64,000 bases of DNA. It comes from Massalongia carnosa. Its lineage: Eukaryota. Under the pieces are notes generated by a model. That model saw nothing but the letters and a program-made list of their open reading frames with translations. It ran no database searches and was not told where the DNA came from. Position 1 is the first letter of the stretch, and the number at the start of each line of letters is the position of its first letter. A program made the position numbers and the translations under genes. Location: positions 868,001-932,000 of the forward strand of contig OZ287081.1 of the NCBI GenBank assembly GCA_965645245.1. Direction: 5' to 3'. Positions 13,675 to 28,100 of the stretch are shown piece by piece.

Positions 13675-16600
13675 ATGGCAGCGGAGTGCGCCACGCACAT
13701 ATTTAGCTCGCTCTACACGTTTAGTGAGGCGGCGGTAAGTTTCACGATCACTCCCTTGCCCGGCTCTGTTGGGATAGCACATGGCTCACACGGCTCTAGA
13801 AGCACGAAATTCTTGAAAAGTTCAGGTGAGCTCATGTGGTCTACATTATTCGCTTCGCACCATTTCCCATGCTTACGAACCGTCTAGCGAAAAGGTTGTC
13901 GCAACCAATGTGCACCTGAAGCATGCTCCAGATGAGGTGAGTGAAAGTGGTCAATAAAGATCCATGGGGCTGATTTTATCCAAGATGTTTATTTTGACAT
14001 GTCCGGAGGAGGACAACACCTCGTTCCCAGCATTTATGGATATCATGATGGTTTTCATGAAATCAGAGTTGGCGAAAGAGCCGGATATGTTTGAGGTAGG
14101 GAAATATTTGATTGCTGCCTTGCAACCACATTGCTAAGGTGGCTGGAATTTGTGTAGGATATTAAAGTGAAGAGGATGGCCGACACCCAGACAGAAACGG
14201 AGGAGGTTCCAATCGTGGCTGAGATTGCGAAGCAGTCCAGCCGAGAACAGACACACAAGGTGGCGGTGGGTGAGCATCTGCTCATCCCACACGAGACATT
14301 TTCTCGGGATTGGAGCAGTAAGAAAAACGTTCGCTCGGCATCTCGACCGAGACTTGATAACCGACTACTTGGGTTGGTTGGCACTTTGACCAACTGTCGG
14401 GTGGAGCTCACCGTCGATGAGAAAAAAATCACTGTCAAAGGAGAGACGAATGAGGATGTCGATAAGGCGATGTTGAAGCTGGATGCGCTTGATCGTTGGA
14501 CTGTGAGTGGTTCAATACTTTCGCAACGTATGGGCTAACGGATCAGTATCAAAAATCGACGTTGCCTCATAGCTACGATTTCCAGTTCTCGGAGGGGGAA
14601 CTCGACATCATGCTGCAGTTGAAAACCCTCAAGGAGGTCCGAGACCGCAGGCTGCATACTACCCTAATTCCATTTAACTCCCCTAAAGTCAAATATCTAA
14701 GCAGTTGCATGACCGTTCTCATGATTAAGAACGGGGTTGAAGTCCTAAACACCTCAAGCGGCCGGCCTGCACTAATGGGGGTAAAACAGTGTCTCTTATG
14801 GAACCATCATTTATTCAAGCCCCTTAAGGACGAGACATTCGACCCCATGGACCCCCGGCAGGAATTTTCACCACCGTCATCTACTGTTAGCGCGATGTTG
14901 GGTGATACATCCACCCATCCCATAGCGAAAACAGTCGACCAATGGGTAACGCAAAGCGCGTCGGCAGAACTGGCCAACCCTTTTGCTCCGCCTGTTGTTA
15001 AAGACCGGTCGAGCTCAGTCCAAGAGGCCTTTATTCCCCCCCCAATCGAACCATCACCGGCGCTCCCGCCGCCACGCAAACGATACGCCAAGACGAGGAA
15101 GCCAATAGGTGTAGCTATCCCGTCAAAAGACGATTCCACTGAACCGGTGGCTCCTAGTTCGCATGAGCCCCTTGCTAAGGTGGAAAGTGAGATAGTGAGC
15201 AAAGAAAAGGTTCATTCCGAGCATTCTGAAGGTCCCCAACGCCAATTAAAAGACGGCCCTTGTGTCACTAGCTTTGAATTCTTCCGCCAAACTACTGACC
15301 CAAGGATCCAGCTGCCACTTTCAGCCAACGCCCAAGTCCTCGAAGCCCCGCCCATCGAGCCGCCCTACATGCCGACAGATGCAAAATCGTCCGCGTCTGA
15401 CGGTTTGAGTTCGGATTTGCTGTGGGAGCGATCGGTTGTTCTTAAGGCGCGTCCTGGCAAACTAGTGGACGACACCGAACCAAAGTTCCAAGTCAAAGAT
15501 AGCGTTCAAGCCGTAGATGAGTTTGACACTCGTCAACTGAGACATACCATGAATCAGCGCAAGTCTGCCTCGAGCGGAGCCTCCAGAAGCAGCTTTGTAA
15601 GCCTGCTAAAGGAATTTGAGCTAGCCATAAGTTGTGTCCTCAAAGTAGCGCAAGAGTCTTGGGGACCAGTGAAACTACGAGTTGAGATTGGCCGAATCCT
15701 GATTGATCATCTCTCGGGTTCTTCGGAGTACAAGAAGCGACCATTTCCGGTTAGCGAATGGCATCGTGCGTTTCCCAACCAGATGGGATCCAGCAAGATC
15801 CAGAGCTCATTTACGAACATGTAAGTGCTTCAAGGTACAAAGCTAGCGCGACGAACGCTTACATGTCATTCAAGGTTGACTTCATCACCTCTTGATGCCC
15901 AATTCACTCTCACCCTGAAGCTGCCCTCTGGTCGAAAAATCTTCCTTGAAGAACCCATCGAGCGAGTAGTTAGTTATCATTTTGATTGTATCACTAAAAC
16001 TAACGATAGAGTGTAAGGATTCTTCTTGATTAGGACGAAACGTTAGACACTAACAGCCTAAAGTTCCATTGAGGTGGATGAAAGCGGTACTTTTAAGGTA
16101 ATTACCTTCTGGACTCGAACATTTGGACATTGCTAAACCACTGGCCAGGTTCGGTGCAACAAGTACTTGATAGGCGCCATAAACTGGCACTTCCCGAAGA
16201 GATTCTGGGACGCTCGACTGACGGTGGAATCCTCGGAGCAATTGAGCCTCGAAATGCACAAGGCAGCTCAGGAGATGGTGGACAATCTATGCATCCGCCC
16301 AAGCCCGAATCAAAAAACCTTCCAGCTTTTCACCAAGGTAGAGAAGGGGGACCTTCGCATCCAGTCAGTCGTGCTCCGACGAGAAACTTGTCACCAAGCC
16401 TCCGAGTACCCAAACACGGTGCTTCACCTTTGCGAGGTGCAGGAACTGAGCCTTTTGACCGTGCCCGACACCAAGATTCATTATCAAGCTTCGCTTGATT
16501 CGAAGCGGTCAACCTCCAGCCTCGGAAACAGGATTTGGTGGGAAGTCTCTCTATCATCCAAGGTTGCAAACGAGACTTTTAAGGAAAACGAAGTGTTGGA

Positions 16601-16787
16601 GGTTGGTGATGTGGCGGGTTGGACAGCCCAAGAACTGGTGGGCAGAGAGGTCGTGAAGGATCTTAGCTATGTTGCACGAGATTTGGTAGAACGGATCGAT
16701 GCTGTGGGTTTGTCGAACAAAGGCCCGAAAGGAGGGTCCGCGACGAAAGCGAGCGAAAGACCAAAGCCCGTGGAGATGTACTGGTGA
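13675..16787 (+). CDS. Uncharacterised multi-exon fungal protein (about 9 exons)
   Basis: A chain of canonical GT-AG introns links small 5' exons to ORFs 14167-14538, 14496-15824, 15825-16016 and 16167-16787; ends EMYW-TGA. Confidence 0.7.
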
Positions 16788-17373
16788 TGATGATGTGAAA
16801 CGTCCTGAAGACGAGTTAGTGATGAGGCTTACCTACAACTTGGGATAGTGAGCGAAGGTGGATAGAGGTGTCTTGAGGCATAACACAAGTTGCTAGTGTG
16901 CAGTTCTCGAAGAACTTCGACAAGCTAGGCGTATGCGATGGATCCGCATCATAGCTTACAGGGGAAGCATTTTTCTCATGAAAACGATAGGGATTTCACC
17001 TGAAGTTGTTTAGTTGAGGAGATATGTGCAAGCAGGACGGATGATTATAGGTAGATTACTGATCAACCTGATATGTGTATTAAAGGCCAGAGCTAGCAGT
17101 TGTGACTCATCGAGAAAGTGTTGCAGCATCCCAAGCTCTGTCATCACGTGCGAACTAACTAGTTATAGCTTTTGAGAAATTTACGCTAGGGGACCCCAAC
17201 CCGGATCAATTCTAACGCCGTTCGATATGTGTAGCACAGAGTGTGAGATAAGTCAAAGATGGTGAGAAAGAGTTCTTTCTTCGACGCAACTCGTCTACGA
17301 TAACTTCTCCGTAAGCGGTGCAATATGGTCGGCGATGGACTTTCATCATTCACCTCAAATTGCATAAGGTGGC

Positions 17374-20112
17374 ATGGCCTCGAGACCAGCAAAACGACAA
17401 AAGAGGCCTATTGTACTGAGTTCTGACGACGAGGATATTCCTGCGTCACAAGCCCAGCAAACTGCCGTAATAGCCAATGGCAATAGCTTGGGGCTGAGAT
17501 GGAGTTCGACAAAAGATACCAGCACGAGCACTCAGATCCTCCCTGTCAGACATCGTCCAAAGACCAGATCCGCCACTTTGAAATCACGGCTACCCACGTC
17601 TACGCCAACGAGCCCGACGACTTCTTCCAAGAAACCTCAGCCAAGGGGAGCGCAGGTGCCAAAAGCTGGCACTTCCAGACCGCTACAAACCTTCTTCAAA
17701 CCCAAGGCTCATACACCCGGTTCTCAAGATGCGCCACGCCTTGAGGCAAAGCCTACGGAGGCGAGGATCGAGGAGGAGGACCTCATCGAGGATGACTCGT
17801 TCGATGAAGGATTTTTGAAACTCGTCGCATCACAGACATCGGCAAGGTCCGTCCTTGACCGACGGAAACCGCATCTGCCGCACACGCAAAGTTACGTTAC
17901 GTCGACGCCGTTTGAGAACGTCTCGAGCTCGAGCCAGAAATTCATCATTCCAGAAAGCGTCTTGCCCAAAAAGATCACAAAGCATGCCGAAGTGAAAGCA
18001 GATCACACGGAGCTAAAGCCATGGACCGAGAGGTACGGGCCTCGCAGCCTTGAAGAGCTGATGGTTCACAAAAGAAAGGTGGCAGATGTGCAAAAGTGGC
18101 TCGAGAAATCTAGCCAGATAGAAGAGCGAAAGGTGTGGACTTCGCAGCGGATCAAGCGTAGAATACTTGCTGACTCCTGGTAGGTGCTTTTGGTTTTAAA
18201 AGGCCCTGCTGGAGCTGGCAAGACGGCTACGATATGTACGCTTGCCAAGGCGATGAACTTGGATATATTGGAATGGAAGAACCCGATAGGCTCAAGCTTG
18301 ATGTCTGCAGGCTATCTCTCTATGTCCGCTCATTTTGAAGAGTTTCTAGGACGGAGCAGTCGGTTTGGCAGCTTGGAATTTACAAATAACCCGTCCATCC
18401 AACCCCCTGATTTATCTGCATATAAACCGAAAATAGATTGCAACAGGAGGAAGCTTGTCGTGCTGGAGGAGTTCCCCAACACTTTTACCGGCACCTCTGC
18501 GGCCTTGCTGTCGTTTCGTTCCAGTATTCTTAACTATCTAGCGGCTAATGCCCCTTCTATTGGCACAACACACCAAAGGCAAAACAACGTCCCCATCGTT
18601 TGCACCCCTATTGTTATGATAATAACCGAGACCCATCTCGTTGAGATGGGTTCGTCCAACGATAATCTAAGTGCTCATCGCTTGCTGGGTCCTGATATTC
18701 TAAATAATCCCACCGTTGATGTTATCGAATTCAATCCGATTGCCCCCACTCTTCTCATAAAGGCTCTTGATCTCGTCATCCAGAAGGAAGCCAGGCAGTC
18801 CGGACGAAGACGAGTTCCAAGTTTTGCCGTCCTGAAACGGCTTAGCGACGTCGGTGACGTTCGGAGCGCAATTGCTTCTCTGGAGTTTCTATGCTTACGA
18901 CGGGAAGATGGAGACGATTGGGGCGGAAATATTGCCGCCAGGGCCAGAAAAGCCTCCTCTGGTCTGACAAAGATGGAGAAAGAGTCTCTGGCCATGGTCA
19001 TGCAGCGAGAAGCCAGCCTCGGTATTTTCCATGCCGTTGGAAAGGTGGTGTACAACAAGCGCGATCAGTTTATCCCTACCGATTTAGCTCCAGAGCCGCC
19101 TTCCCAACCGCCAGATCATCTACCCCAACACGCCAGGCTCCAAATCTCCCAAGTGTCCGTGAACCAGCTCATGGACGAGGCCGGCACAGATGTGCAAACG
19201 TTCATTGCCGCTCTGCACGAAAACTACGTCATCTCGTGCGAAGGCGCCGCTTTCACAGACGTTCTCAACGGCTGCATTGATGCCCTATCGGATAGCGATT
19301 TGCTGTGTTCCGAACGGAGAGGGGGACGGTTTACGGGCAGCGGCATCGGCGCAGGAGGGTTTGGGCAGGCCAACGCTTATCAGGGCACTGCGTCAGACTC
19401 ATTAAGGCAGGCTGAGATCTGCTTCCATGTCGGCGTGCGGGGCTTGCTGTTTGCATTGCCGTACCCTGTCAAGAGACGTGCGCCACCCGCGGGAGTTGCT
19501 GGAAGGAAAGGCGGGAAGGGCGATGCGTTCAAGATGTTTTATCCTACTTCCTTCCGACTATCGAGGCAGATGGAAGAGGTGGAATCTTTGATCGATCGCT
19601 GGGCCAGCCGATATAGCGCAGGCGTTGCCACGTCGGAGCCTCTGCATAATCGGCCAAAATTCCTTGGACCTGCGCCTTCGAATCGTCCTCCCTCTACCCT
19701 GAGCACCAGCGATACCATCCTCTCGACCCCCACGCAGCAAGGAACCGCCGAACCCCACCGAACCGGTCTAAACGCCACGAAGCACTCTCTCGTCCTTGAA
19801 ACGCTCCCCTACGTCGCCCACATCGAGCGCAGCCGCAACCATATCGGACCAGGAACTCGCCACCTGCTCGGCGAGCTGGAAACCATGACGCAGTTCACCG
19901 GGGTTCGTCCGCCGTCCGAGCCCGGCTCTGTGAATGACAACGACGACGATGAGGGTGACGCCGATGGTGGGTGGGGGCGTGGCACTGCCGGGTCGAAGCC
20001 GAGGATGGATTTTAGGACAAGGGGAAGGGGGGCCGGGGGTGATCTGGCATCTGTTCAGGCCGAAGAAAGGGCGGAGAAACTCTTTCTTAGTGACGACGAC
20101 ATTGAGGATTGA
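17374..20112 (+). CDS. RAD17: Checkpoint clamp-loader large subunit (Rad17; S. cerevisiae Rad24)
   Basis: PWTERYGPRSLEELMVHKRKV, Walker A GPAGAGKT, LEEFP, FNPIAPT, GDVRSAI, LGIFHAVGKVVYNKR, C-terminal LSDDDIED; intron 18133-18183. Confidence 0.92.
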
Positions 20113-20191
20113 GGCACGGGATATGTTATGTAGGAATGCATTGTCGATCGATGGCGGCTTGCCACGGTCTTTCTACATCTGGTTTCTTTTT

Positions 20192-20549
20192 GGGGGGGGG
20201 GGGGGGGGGGGGGTGATTAGGGGCGAGAGGAGCAGCGAAAAGATGCTGGCTATGTAGCGGCGTGGCGTGGCGCAGCGTGGCTAGGACAGAATACATACCT
20301 AGATAACTACTTGAGCTAACAACTACCCACGTGCCTACGTCCCTTAGTTACTTAACCAGATTTGGGGAACGGGTTCCGGATCGTGGCTTGGTTGGTTGGT
20401 TGGCTTCATGTGATCTGGGTAAAATAGAGAGTTAGGTAAGGTATTGTATTGTATTATATTGTAGACGTAGGTAAGTAGACTAGATACCACCACATAGGTA
20501 CCACATACCTAGAAGGAGGAGGAACTCAACCCACCACTAGCTAGCTCTC

Positions 20550-20616
<67 letters not shown>

Positions 20617-20625
20617 ACACACACA
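20192..20625. repeat. Simple-repeat-rich convergent spacer: poly-G, (TTGG)n, (CT)n(CA)n
   Basis: G run of about 20 nt at 20192; (CT)n 20545-20601 followed by (CA)n. Confidence 0.85.
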
Positions 20626-21003
20626 GCAGAAGCGAAGTGGTGTTCCATCCCATCCCATCCTCCTACTCCAAGCTCCCATACATGGTATACATACATATAC
20701 CGGTCGTTTTTTTGAAAAAAAAGTTCCCAGCGTGCTGTGGACAGACAGACAGCCGCTTCCGGAACGGGGAACGAAAGGGCCCTTATTCTATATCAATCAC
20801 TCAATCAATCATCTCAAAGGTTGAGGGTAAACAGCAGAACTAGGCGATAGCACACCAAAAGGAGGGGGAAGGGGAGGGTTCGTGTTCCCCTTCTCTCTTA
20901 TCTTATTGTTTTTTTAGATGCCATGCATGCATGGCTAGATAGGTATGTAGAAACCTGGTAAGATCCAACACAAAGGAATGGATAAGCAGGACGCGTGCTT
21001 TTT

Positions 21004-24000
21004 TCAGCTCAAAGGGGCATCGTCACCATCGCTTGGCTCCCCTGTGTTCTCCGACTCTGCCTGCCGCTGCCGCTGCCGCTGCCATCCCTTCTTTCCCGCC
21101 GTTTCCGGCTCCACTGCCCCTCGAGGCTGCATGAGGTGGGCGTCCGAGTCGTATTCCGACCCGCTCTCGCGTCGAAGGCTCCCCCTCCTCGCCCGCTCGT
21201 GGACGAGGCCCGGGAAGATCCTGGGTTCAGCCGCCTGCTCGTGCCAGTAATGACTATTGCTCGTGGCCGGTGCGGGGGCGAAGATCATGGAAGAGGATCT
21301 TCCGGGCCTGGGCTCCTCCAGCTGCAGGTTTTGGAGGTCAATGTTTCGGAGGTCGACGTTAGAATGAGAACCGGACGGTCGCGCTAACTTCGTCGGTGAA
21401 AAGCGACCGATACGAGTCAAGCTGGGGGGTTGGGCTTCGTGAACCGGGACCGGAACCATGTGAGTCGGGAGGGGCGCCGTGTATCGATCGATCCTATAGA
21501 AGCGATTAGCAGAAGCGAAATCGTACTCGGGGAGAGGCCTTTACATTGCGAGTTGTTGGAGTAAGGCTTCGTGCCTGAATTTCTCTCTGATATCGGGCAC
21601 GTTGCTTTTCGAAACATCATTACCCCCAACTCCCGGAAGCTTGTAGTTAGAGCCAAGCCACCTCTGCTTCAGCTCATGCTCAAACCCACTTTGGATGACG
21701 GAATGCTGGGCAAGTTCACACATATCGACCGCGCTCAATTTGTAGATTTGCGCAGCAACGGAATATTCTTCAATTAGTGGTTCTTTGGTGAAGGCGAATT
21801 GGAGCGGATCGTCTGTGGACAACGAAACATTAAGGCCCCGGCGAAAGTATTTATGAAACGGGTTTCTCTCATATGCGAGAAATAACGCATTGTTGCTAAG
21901 AGGAGACATGGCGATGCCTATTTGCTCAAGGTAAAAGATATATTGTAGCAGAGGAGTTTTCCGAAGCATTAGTCCGTGGCTTATGCTATGACAACATATT
22001 ACCGCTGCTGCAAGATGCTCTACGTCGCCAGCCTCACCACAGTGAGGCCGGAGCACAAACGTGTTGAATCCTCGCCGCTTTCGCCACGTATTCAAGGACA
22101 CCATGTTAGCGAAGAGATGATATATCCAGTAATTATATGGTGGGTTTTGCGTCGTGTTCCATTCCCGCGGTGGTGGAAACTTCCTGTGAAGCCGACGCTC
22201 TGTCTTGCTTTCGTCATCAACGCTATCGAACCCAATCACCCGCTGTAAAAAAACGTGAAGCTTTGGGTGACTCGAAGGGTTTTTAGTTACTTCGAATAGA
22301 GGCTGGAAAACATTGATCAAGACTTGCTCAAAGTTACTCAATCGTCCCTCTTGCTTGTAGACCTGATAGAGTCGGGGAACTTGAATGAGCCATCGAACAT
22401 TATGAGACAATAGCTTATTGTCGACAACCCAGGCTGCAAGCTTATCCCACTCATGGGGTGTCCGCCCGTAGATTGAAAGGCGCCACTCAACTAATTGGTA
22501 CTTGCTAGACTCAAGATCTGATATGACCTCCTTAGTAATCTCGGCAAGATAGCGGCCTTGAATGAAGTTGTCCGTCTTGAGGAAAATCTCACGCAGCCTC
22601 GACTCTCCTACAGGATTATACTTTAGGTTAAATTTGTCAAATCGATGGAAAGAGTCCGTATGCGCCTATCTCCAACGTCAGCAACATGCGAAGAAAACAA
22701 ACAGAAAATATGTGGGTGGCATACATGCATGTCAAGGGTATCAATGCTTAGGTCGTATGCAGTCAGGTTGATGCTCTCAAACACTTCCTTGAGGGACAAC
22801 TGCTTTCCGTCCCGGAAGAGGACAATTTCATCTGGGGACTTCTTCATTTTGCTTTTGATGAACCGTAAAAGATGCTTTTGATTCATGCAAGCTGAGTGAT
22901 GAACATGCGTATCTACTTTTCTGACATTGTAAAAGTCCCTATGTGGCACCCTCTTGCAGATTGCCGTTTCCTCGTACTGATTCACCAAGAAGTAAAGATT
23001 GAATTTCCCCTCCAAAATGTCAAGCTCACGAAAAGCAAAGCTTTTGCTAGGCCCGTCAGAGCTTACAGCTATAACATATTCCAAATCGCTGTAGAAATCT
23101 CGTAGTGTTGGTACCTTGACCATAGGTGCTTCCGGCTCATCCCCTCTGAGGCTTTCGTACACCTGATAGACGCTACTGTCGTCAAGTCTGAAGGTCACAT
23201 CCCTTTCTTCTTCCGGCAATGGCAGGAGCTCCCCCATATCAAAATCCTCTCCAATATCCTGGCCTTGCTTCCGGCGCCTTTTCACCGGGGAGTAGGGTAC
23301 CTGTTGTATTGCCCCCCCAGTTACTGGGCTGGTTAATGCTTGGAGAGAAGAGCTTGATTGGGCCAGATCTGGAGCAATTATCTTGCTATTAGCCAGACTG
23401 TTGGTACCCGAAGTGAGGCTCCTGGGTCGGTTTTTGACTTCATCCCAGACCGGCTGTGGAGGTGGAGGGTATATCTCCCAACCGGCTTGATCCTTGGGAT
23501 TATCATTTGGTCCTTGTAACGACAATCCGGTATATTTCTGGCGAATTTCTTGGACCCTCTTGATATTGGTGCAAATTGCTCGCATTTCTGGAGCGATATC
23601 CGAGGTATCCATCGCTGAATTCCCGAACTCATCTTCGCGTACTGGACTTTGGGATCTGATTCCAAACCCAGGCGCATCATAATTATTATCTAGATGCTCT
23701 CCGGCTCGAGAATTCTCAAAGTTATTGAAATCTGTAGGTAGCAAATCCAAGTTATTCAACGACGCCACTCGGCTCGAGATGCCCGGAGTCATGCCAGATC
23801 TCGATATCTGCTCCCTCCTAGCGGATCCATGATCACTTCGACGTGAGGCTGAGCTGGTCGCCCGACTCAGCCCAAGCTCAACATTGGCATTGGAAGATGT
23901 AGTTCGGACACGGCTAATCGATCCAATAGCATCTGGTTCTTGCTGCGACGTCTCTAATCTATGTCTTTGATAGAATAGTTTGGCGTCGGCGTGGCTTAAG

Positions 24001-24191
24001 GATTTCTCTGAAGCGTAGTTGTAACGAGCAGTTCTTGCTGATTGCTCGGTGCTCCAAATATTGGGCTCCTTCTCCTTTAAGGGCGTTCCCTCATCCCCTG
24101 ATTCTCTATCCATGCCGGGGCCAGGAAACCTAGGGTCAGCGACGCCATTGCGGCTGCCGCGGTTAGTGCTGGTGGGGCATTGATAACAAAT
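21004..24191 (-). CDS. AMD1: AMP deaminase; the first exon(s) upstream of ~24191 are not resolved
   Basis: [48 protein letters not shown]; introns near 22667-22723 and 21496-21546. Confidence 0.93.
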
Positions 24192-25160
24192 ATCTAAAGC
24201 GGTTTAGTCATGGCGGGACAGGGATGATGCTTCAAAGTTGATAAATAGGGTTTCACATGAGAGTTTACACGAGCGTTTACACGGCAACATATGTCTCTTC
24301 TGTATACTCGACTACTCTTGAGAGCTCTTTGGTACTGGGTTCTTCGGTGGGCTACGAGTATACGCATATTCGAGGTTTGAAAACACATGGAGAGATAGAT
24401 AAATCAATACGGAGTGCAGAGTACTTAGTTAAACCCAAAGCCATCATACCTCATTTTATATGTATGCCCTGAGACGCCTGCATACTTGCGTACCTGCGTT
24501 GGATGAGTTTACTGGTCAGAAAAACTACATCTGATCTCCTGTTTTGAAGGAGCGGATGGCCTTCACAACCCCCAAGTCAACGAAATCAACGTGATGAATG
24601 GTTACGCAGTAGCGGTTGACATTAAATTATTACATGATCGGAGTTCAACTTACAACCATGATAAGCTGGTTGATGGGTTATTGACAGTATAATCAATTGC
24701 AAGTGTCTGCTGAACCGCCCATAGCTTCACGCAGTTCAATCTCCTCGAGCTGTAATCTCGCAGCCCTTCGAAGCAAAACAACCAAAAAAAATTGCCAGAA
24801 AATTACCCTAGACCCGCCAGCCACACATTTCCACTATTCTTGTACAATTACACTTGGTTCTTCACAGGTTTTTGCATCCTATTAAGAAGAAGAAAAAAAA
24901 AACGATTATGAAAACACTAGAGCAGAGACGGCATGGATTCTAAGGCAACACCCTTGTTGCACAAAAACATAGGCTGCCTGGATAATGGTAGCTAAGCAGT
25001 CTAGATCCATCTTCTCTGGCTCGGTCCATATATTTGAATAATAGAATGTGAAATAAGTATAATGAAGATCGCTGATGCACAGAGGCACGCCACGTCTCGA
25101 AAACATTTTTGAAGGCAGCAGGTTTGACGATACCCCTCAAAAATAGTAGAAATAAACATA

Positions 25161-28100
25161 TTAATACCGATAACCCGGAGAGAATGTAGGAGCACCATAG
25201 CCTTGCTGTGAAAAAACCGGGCTTGGATCTGCATGATAGAGCTGACCATGACGTTCATATACAGGCTCCCCTGGGTGGCCTCGGTCGAGCCGGACATAAT
25301 CAGACTGTGGTCTCATCTCAGTAGGCTGAGTGAGTACAAAGCGGCTGGGCTCAATAGGTGCAGATTCTCGGAATCTAACAGGGACATACTCAACTCGTGG
25401 CCGCAGCTGGTTGTGGGGCATATTTCGTTCATCATAATACTCATACCTATCTTGTACTGGATAATCGTAACTGATGATTCTCTGAGCATCTTTGCGTAGG
25501 GTGGGAGAGCGAATGTGGTATATAGGCTCATGTCGATAGTCCTCTCCAGGACTTCTGGTCCGATAGTAGGTGGTGCTAAGTGGTAGCGGCCGAGGAGACA
25601 TTGAGCGACTCCGGTATCGAGGATGTGTGGCTACATGGAAAGGCCCGTCACTAATACGAGGCACTTCTACCCTACCTCTCATCTCGTAGCGATTATCACC
25701 GACGGTATGTTGAGGAGCCTCATAAGCGGCAAAGGTTTCGGTCGATCGTCGCCCAATCCTGCTTACGTTTGGCGTGTGTTGTAATTGGGACGGTGAGCGA
25801 TGATGTTGGTCATAGCATCTCCGCGGTGGGCAATTCTCTTCATAAACTCTCTGTATTGAAGGGTTGTCACGCATAGAGCCAGCAGGATCGAGCTCTTGTT
25901 TTTGCCCAACGGCCAGCTCCGCTCTCCATCCTTGAGACTCTTCATTTGCGTCAACATGCTTCATTCGATTCCTATCTTGCGGCATCTCCTCTCGCCGGGC
26001 TATGGATCGACTCCCTTCGCGATCGAATGGAATAATCCTGTGTCCGGAGTTTAGATCTGGGCTAGATACTAGATTGTCAAGAAACTGGTCTGCAGCATTT
26101 GCTTCCTCATTCGACGACAAGCTTCGCTGCATAGGCTTGAAAGAAGTCGATCTATCCACCACTTCACCATCCTCAGATATGTCTTTGTGCTTCGTTGATG
26201 CATCAACAGCAGTATTATTCCTATTTGGATTCTCATCTAGGGGTTGCTCCCGATGGGCTGCATGCTCGTCGCCAAATCGATCCTCAGCTAACGGTCTAAC
26301 AACGTCTTGATAGGACGCACGAGATCGAGTGCGATTACTTTGCTCGTAGTACGGACTTGCATCATGAATCCCAATAACTCTTCGTGAAGGAGGTATGTTA
26401 TAAACAGGCTCGGGGCGTTCGATAGCCTCAGAAACCATAGAGTAAGTATCCTGACGACTTTTTAATGTTGAGGGTGTCGTATTGTCTGTGGAGGGAGCCA
26501 TTGCAGGCTTTCGGGTATGGATTGAGCTAACTACTGATGGTAGTGCGGGTCTATGAGGATCATACTCATCCTCACCAGGGGGCTCCGATGAACGAGCCGG
26601 CTGGGATATTTCTCGATAGGAGCTATATGATCTGTTAAACTGTTGGTCCTCAAGTCGACCTTCATGTCTGGACGGCGAGACACGAAATGCTTCGGGCCCA
26701 ACCTTCGATAGTGACCTTGTCCCCCTATCGAAGCTTTCGCTATAGACAGGCACGGGACCTATGTTGCTAGCGATTCCCATTCTTGGCAGAGGGGACGGAA
26801 AGACTCCTGGAAAGACTCGCGCAATGAGGTCTAATTTCGTATCGTCCAACCCGGGAGCATTGATTAGATCTGCAATCAAAGGTTCTTCAGGAAGCTCTAT
26901 CATGTCGAGCTTCCAGTCAAGCCTCGAACTCTCTATAACTCCTATCGAACCATTAAATGTCGGTGTAGTTTCCATATGTGCTGTCCTAAAATGGTTAAGG
27001 AGATGTGGCAAAGTGTATAGTCTCCGATCCCCAATAGGAAGCGGCTCTCCACTCGTACTGCTCCCGCCGGTGACGCATACTTTGCAGGCCAATCCATTGA
27101 GACTTCGAATGGGTCGCATGAGCTGACTATGATCGAGCCCATCGATAAACATAGCAAGACTAGGCTCGTTTGGGAACACCGCCTTGAATCTTGCAACCAT
27201 ATGTTGAATCACAACGAATATGCGTACGCTTTGAGGAATGTCTTTGATACCTGAAGTTGCAAACCAGACTTCGCGAGCATATTTTGCTATTTCTTCAATT
27301 TGAGGTTGGTACAACTCAAGAGCCTGGCCTATTAAATCTCGGTTATGCTCTGGATACGAACGTTGAAAACTTAAGGTTTTTGGTTGGGAATTAGACTGAT
27401 GTTGTGGAATAGAGGCCCCTCCATGGTTTCGTGAAAAGTAGTCATATCCAGGCAAACCTGTCGATCTCTGGTCTTGTAAGCATGAATTTGTTTTAGCATA
27501 TCTTGAAATTACCTGATTGTCCGTCGGCAGAAGTTGCCCAAACCGTGTGGGTTGAGGGCCATTGCTTGCAGACACCGCGTTTGCATAGGTGGTTTGGAGA
27601 GCATTGTAGGCGCCACCAAAATTAGGGTTTTGTTGAAATTCTTGAACTTGACCCGGGACACCTGGAATAGCATGTGGGAAGGTCTGTGTAAATGAAAGAG
27701 AGGGATGTTTCTCTTGCTGATGATCTTGGCCATAGCTTTCCTGATATGACCTGGGTGAATATTGCGAACCATTGTAAGCCGATTGAGAAACAGGGTATGA
27801 GACCGGAGCATACCCTTCTTGCTTGACTGGTTGTAAAGATGTACCTAGTGGCGTGGGAATCTTGTAGTAAGCAGCTTTGGCTACGCTGGGTTCAGGATGG
27901 AAGGGAGGGTGCTTCGGCCATTCAGCACGCCAATGTACCACCTGGTTTCCAAGGCTTAGATCATGCGTATGCTTGGCAGCATAGTGCTGCACAACGCTGT
28001 CAAGGCCATAAAACTTGAAGTTATCACAACCATTGCAAAGGAAGAGTTCCTTTTGAAAATGTTCTGTGAGAGGTTTAATCTTGGTATCAAAAAGCCATTT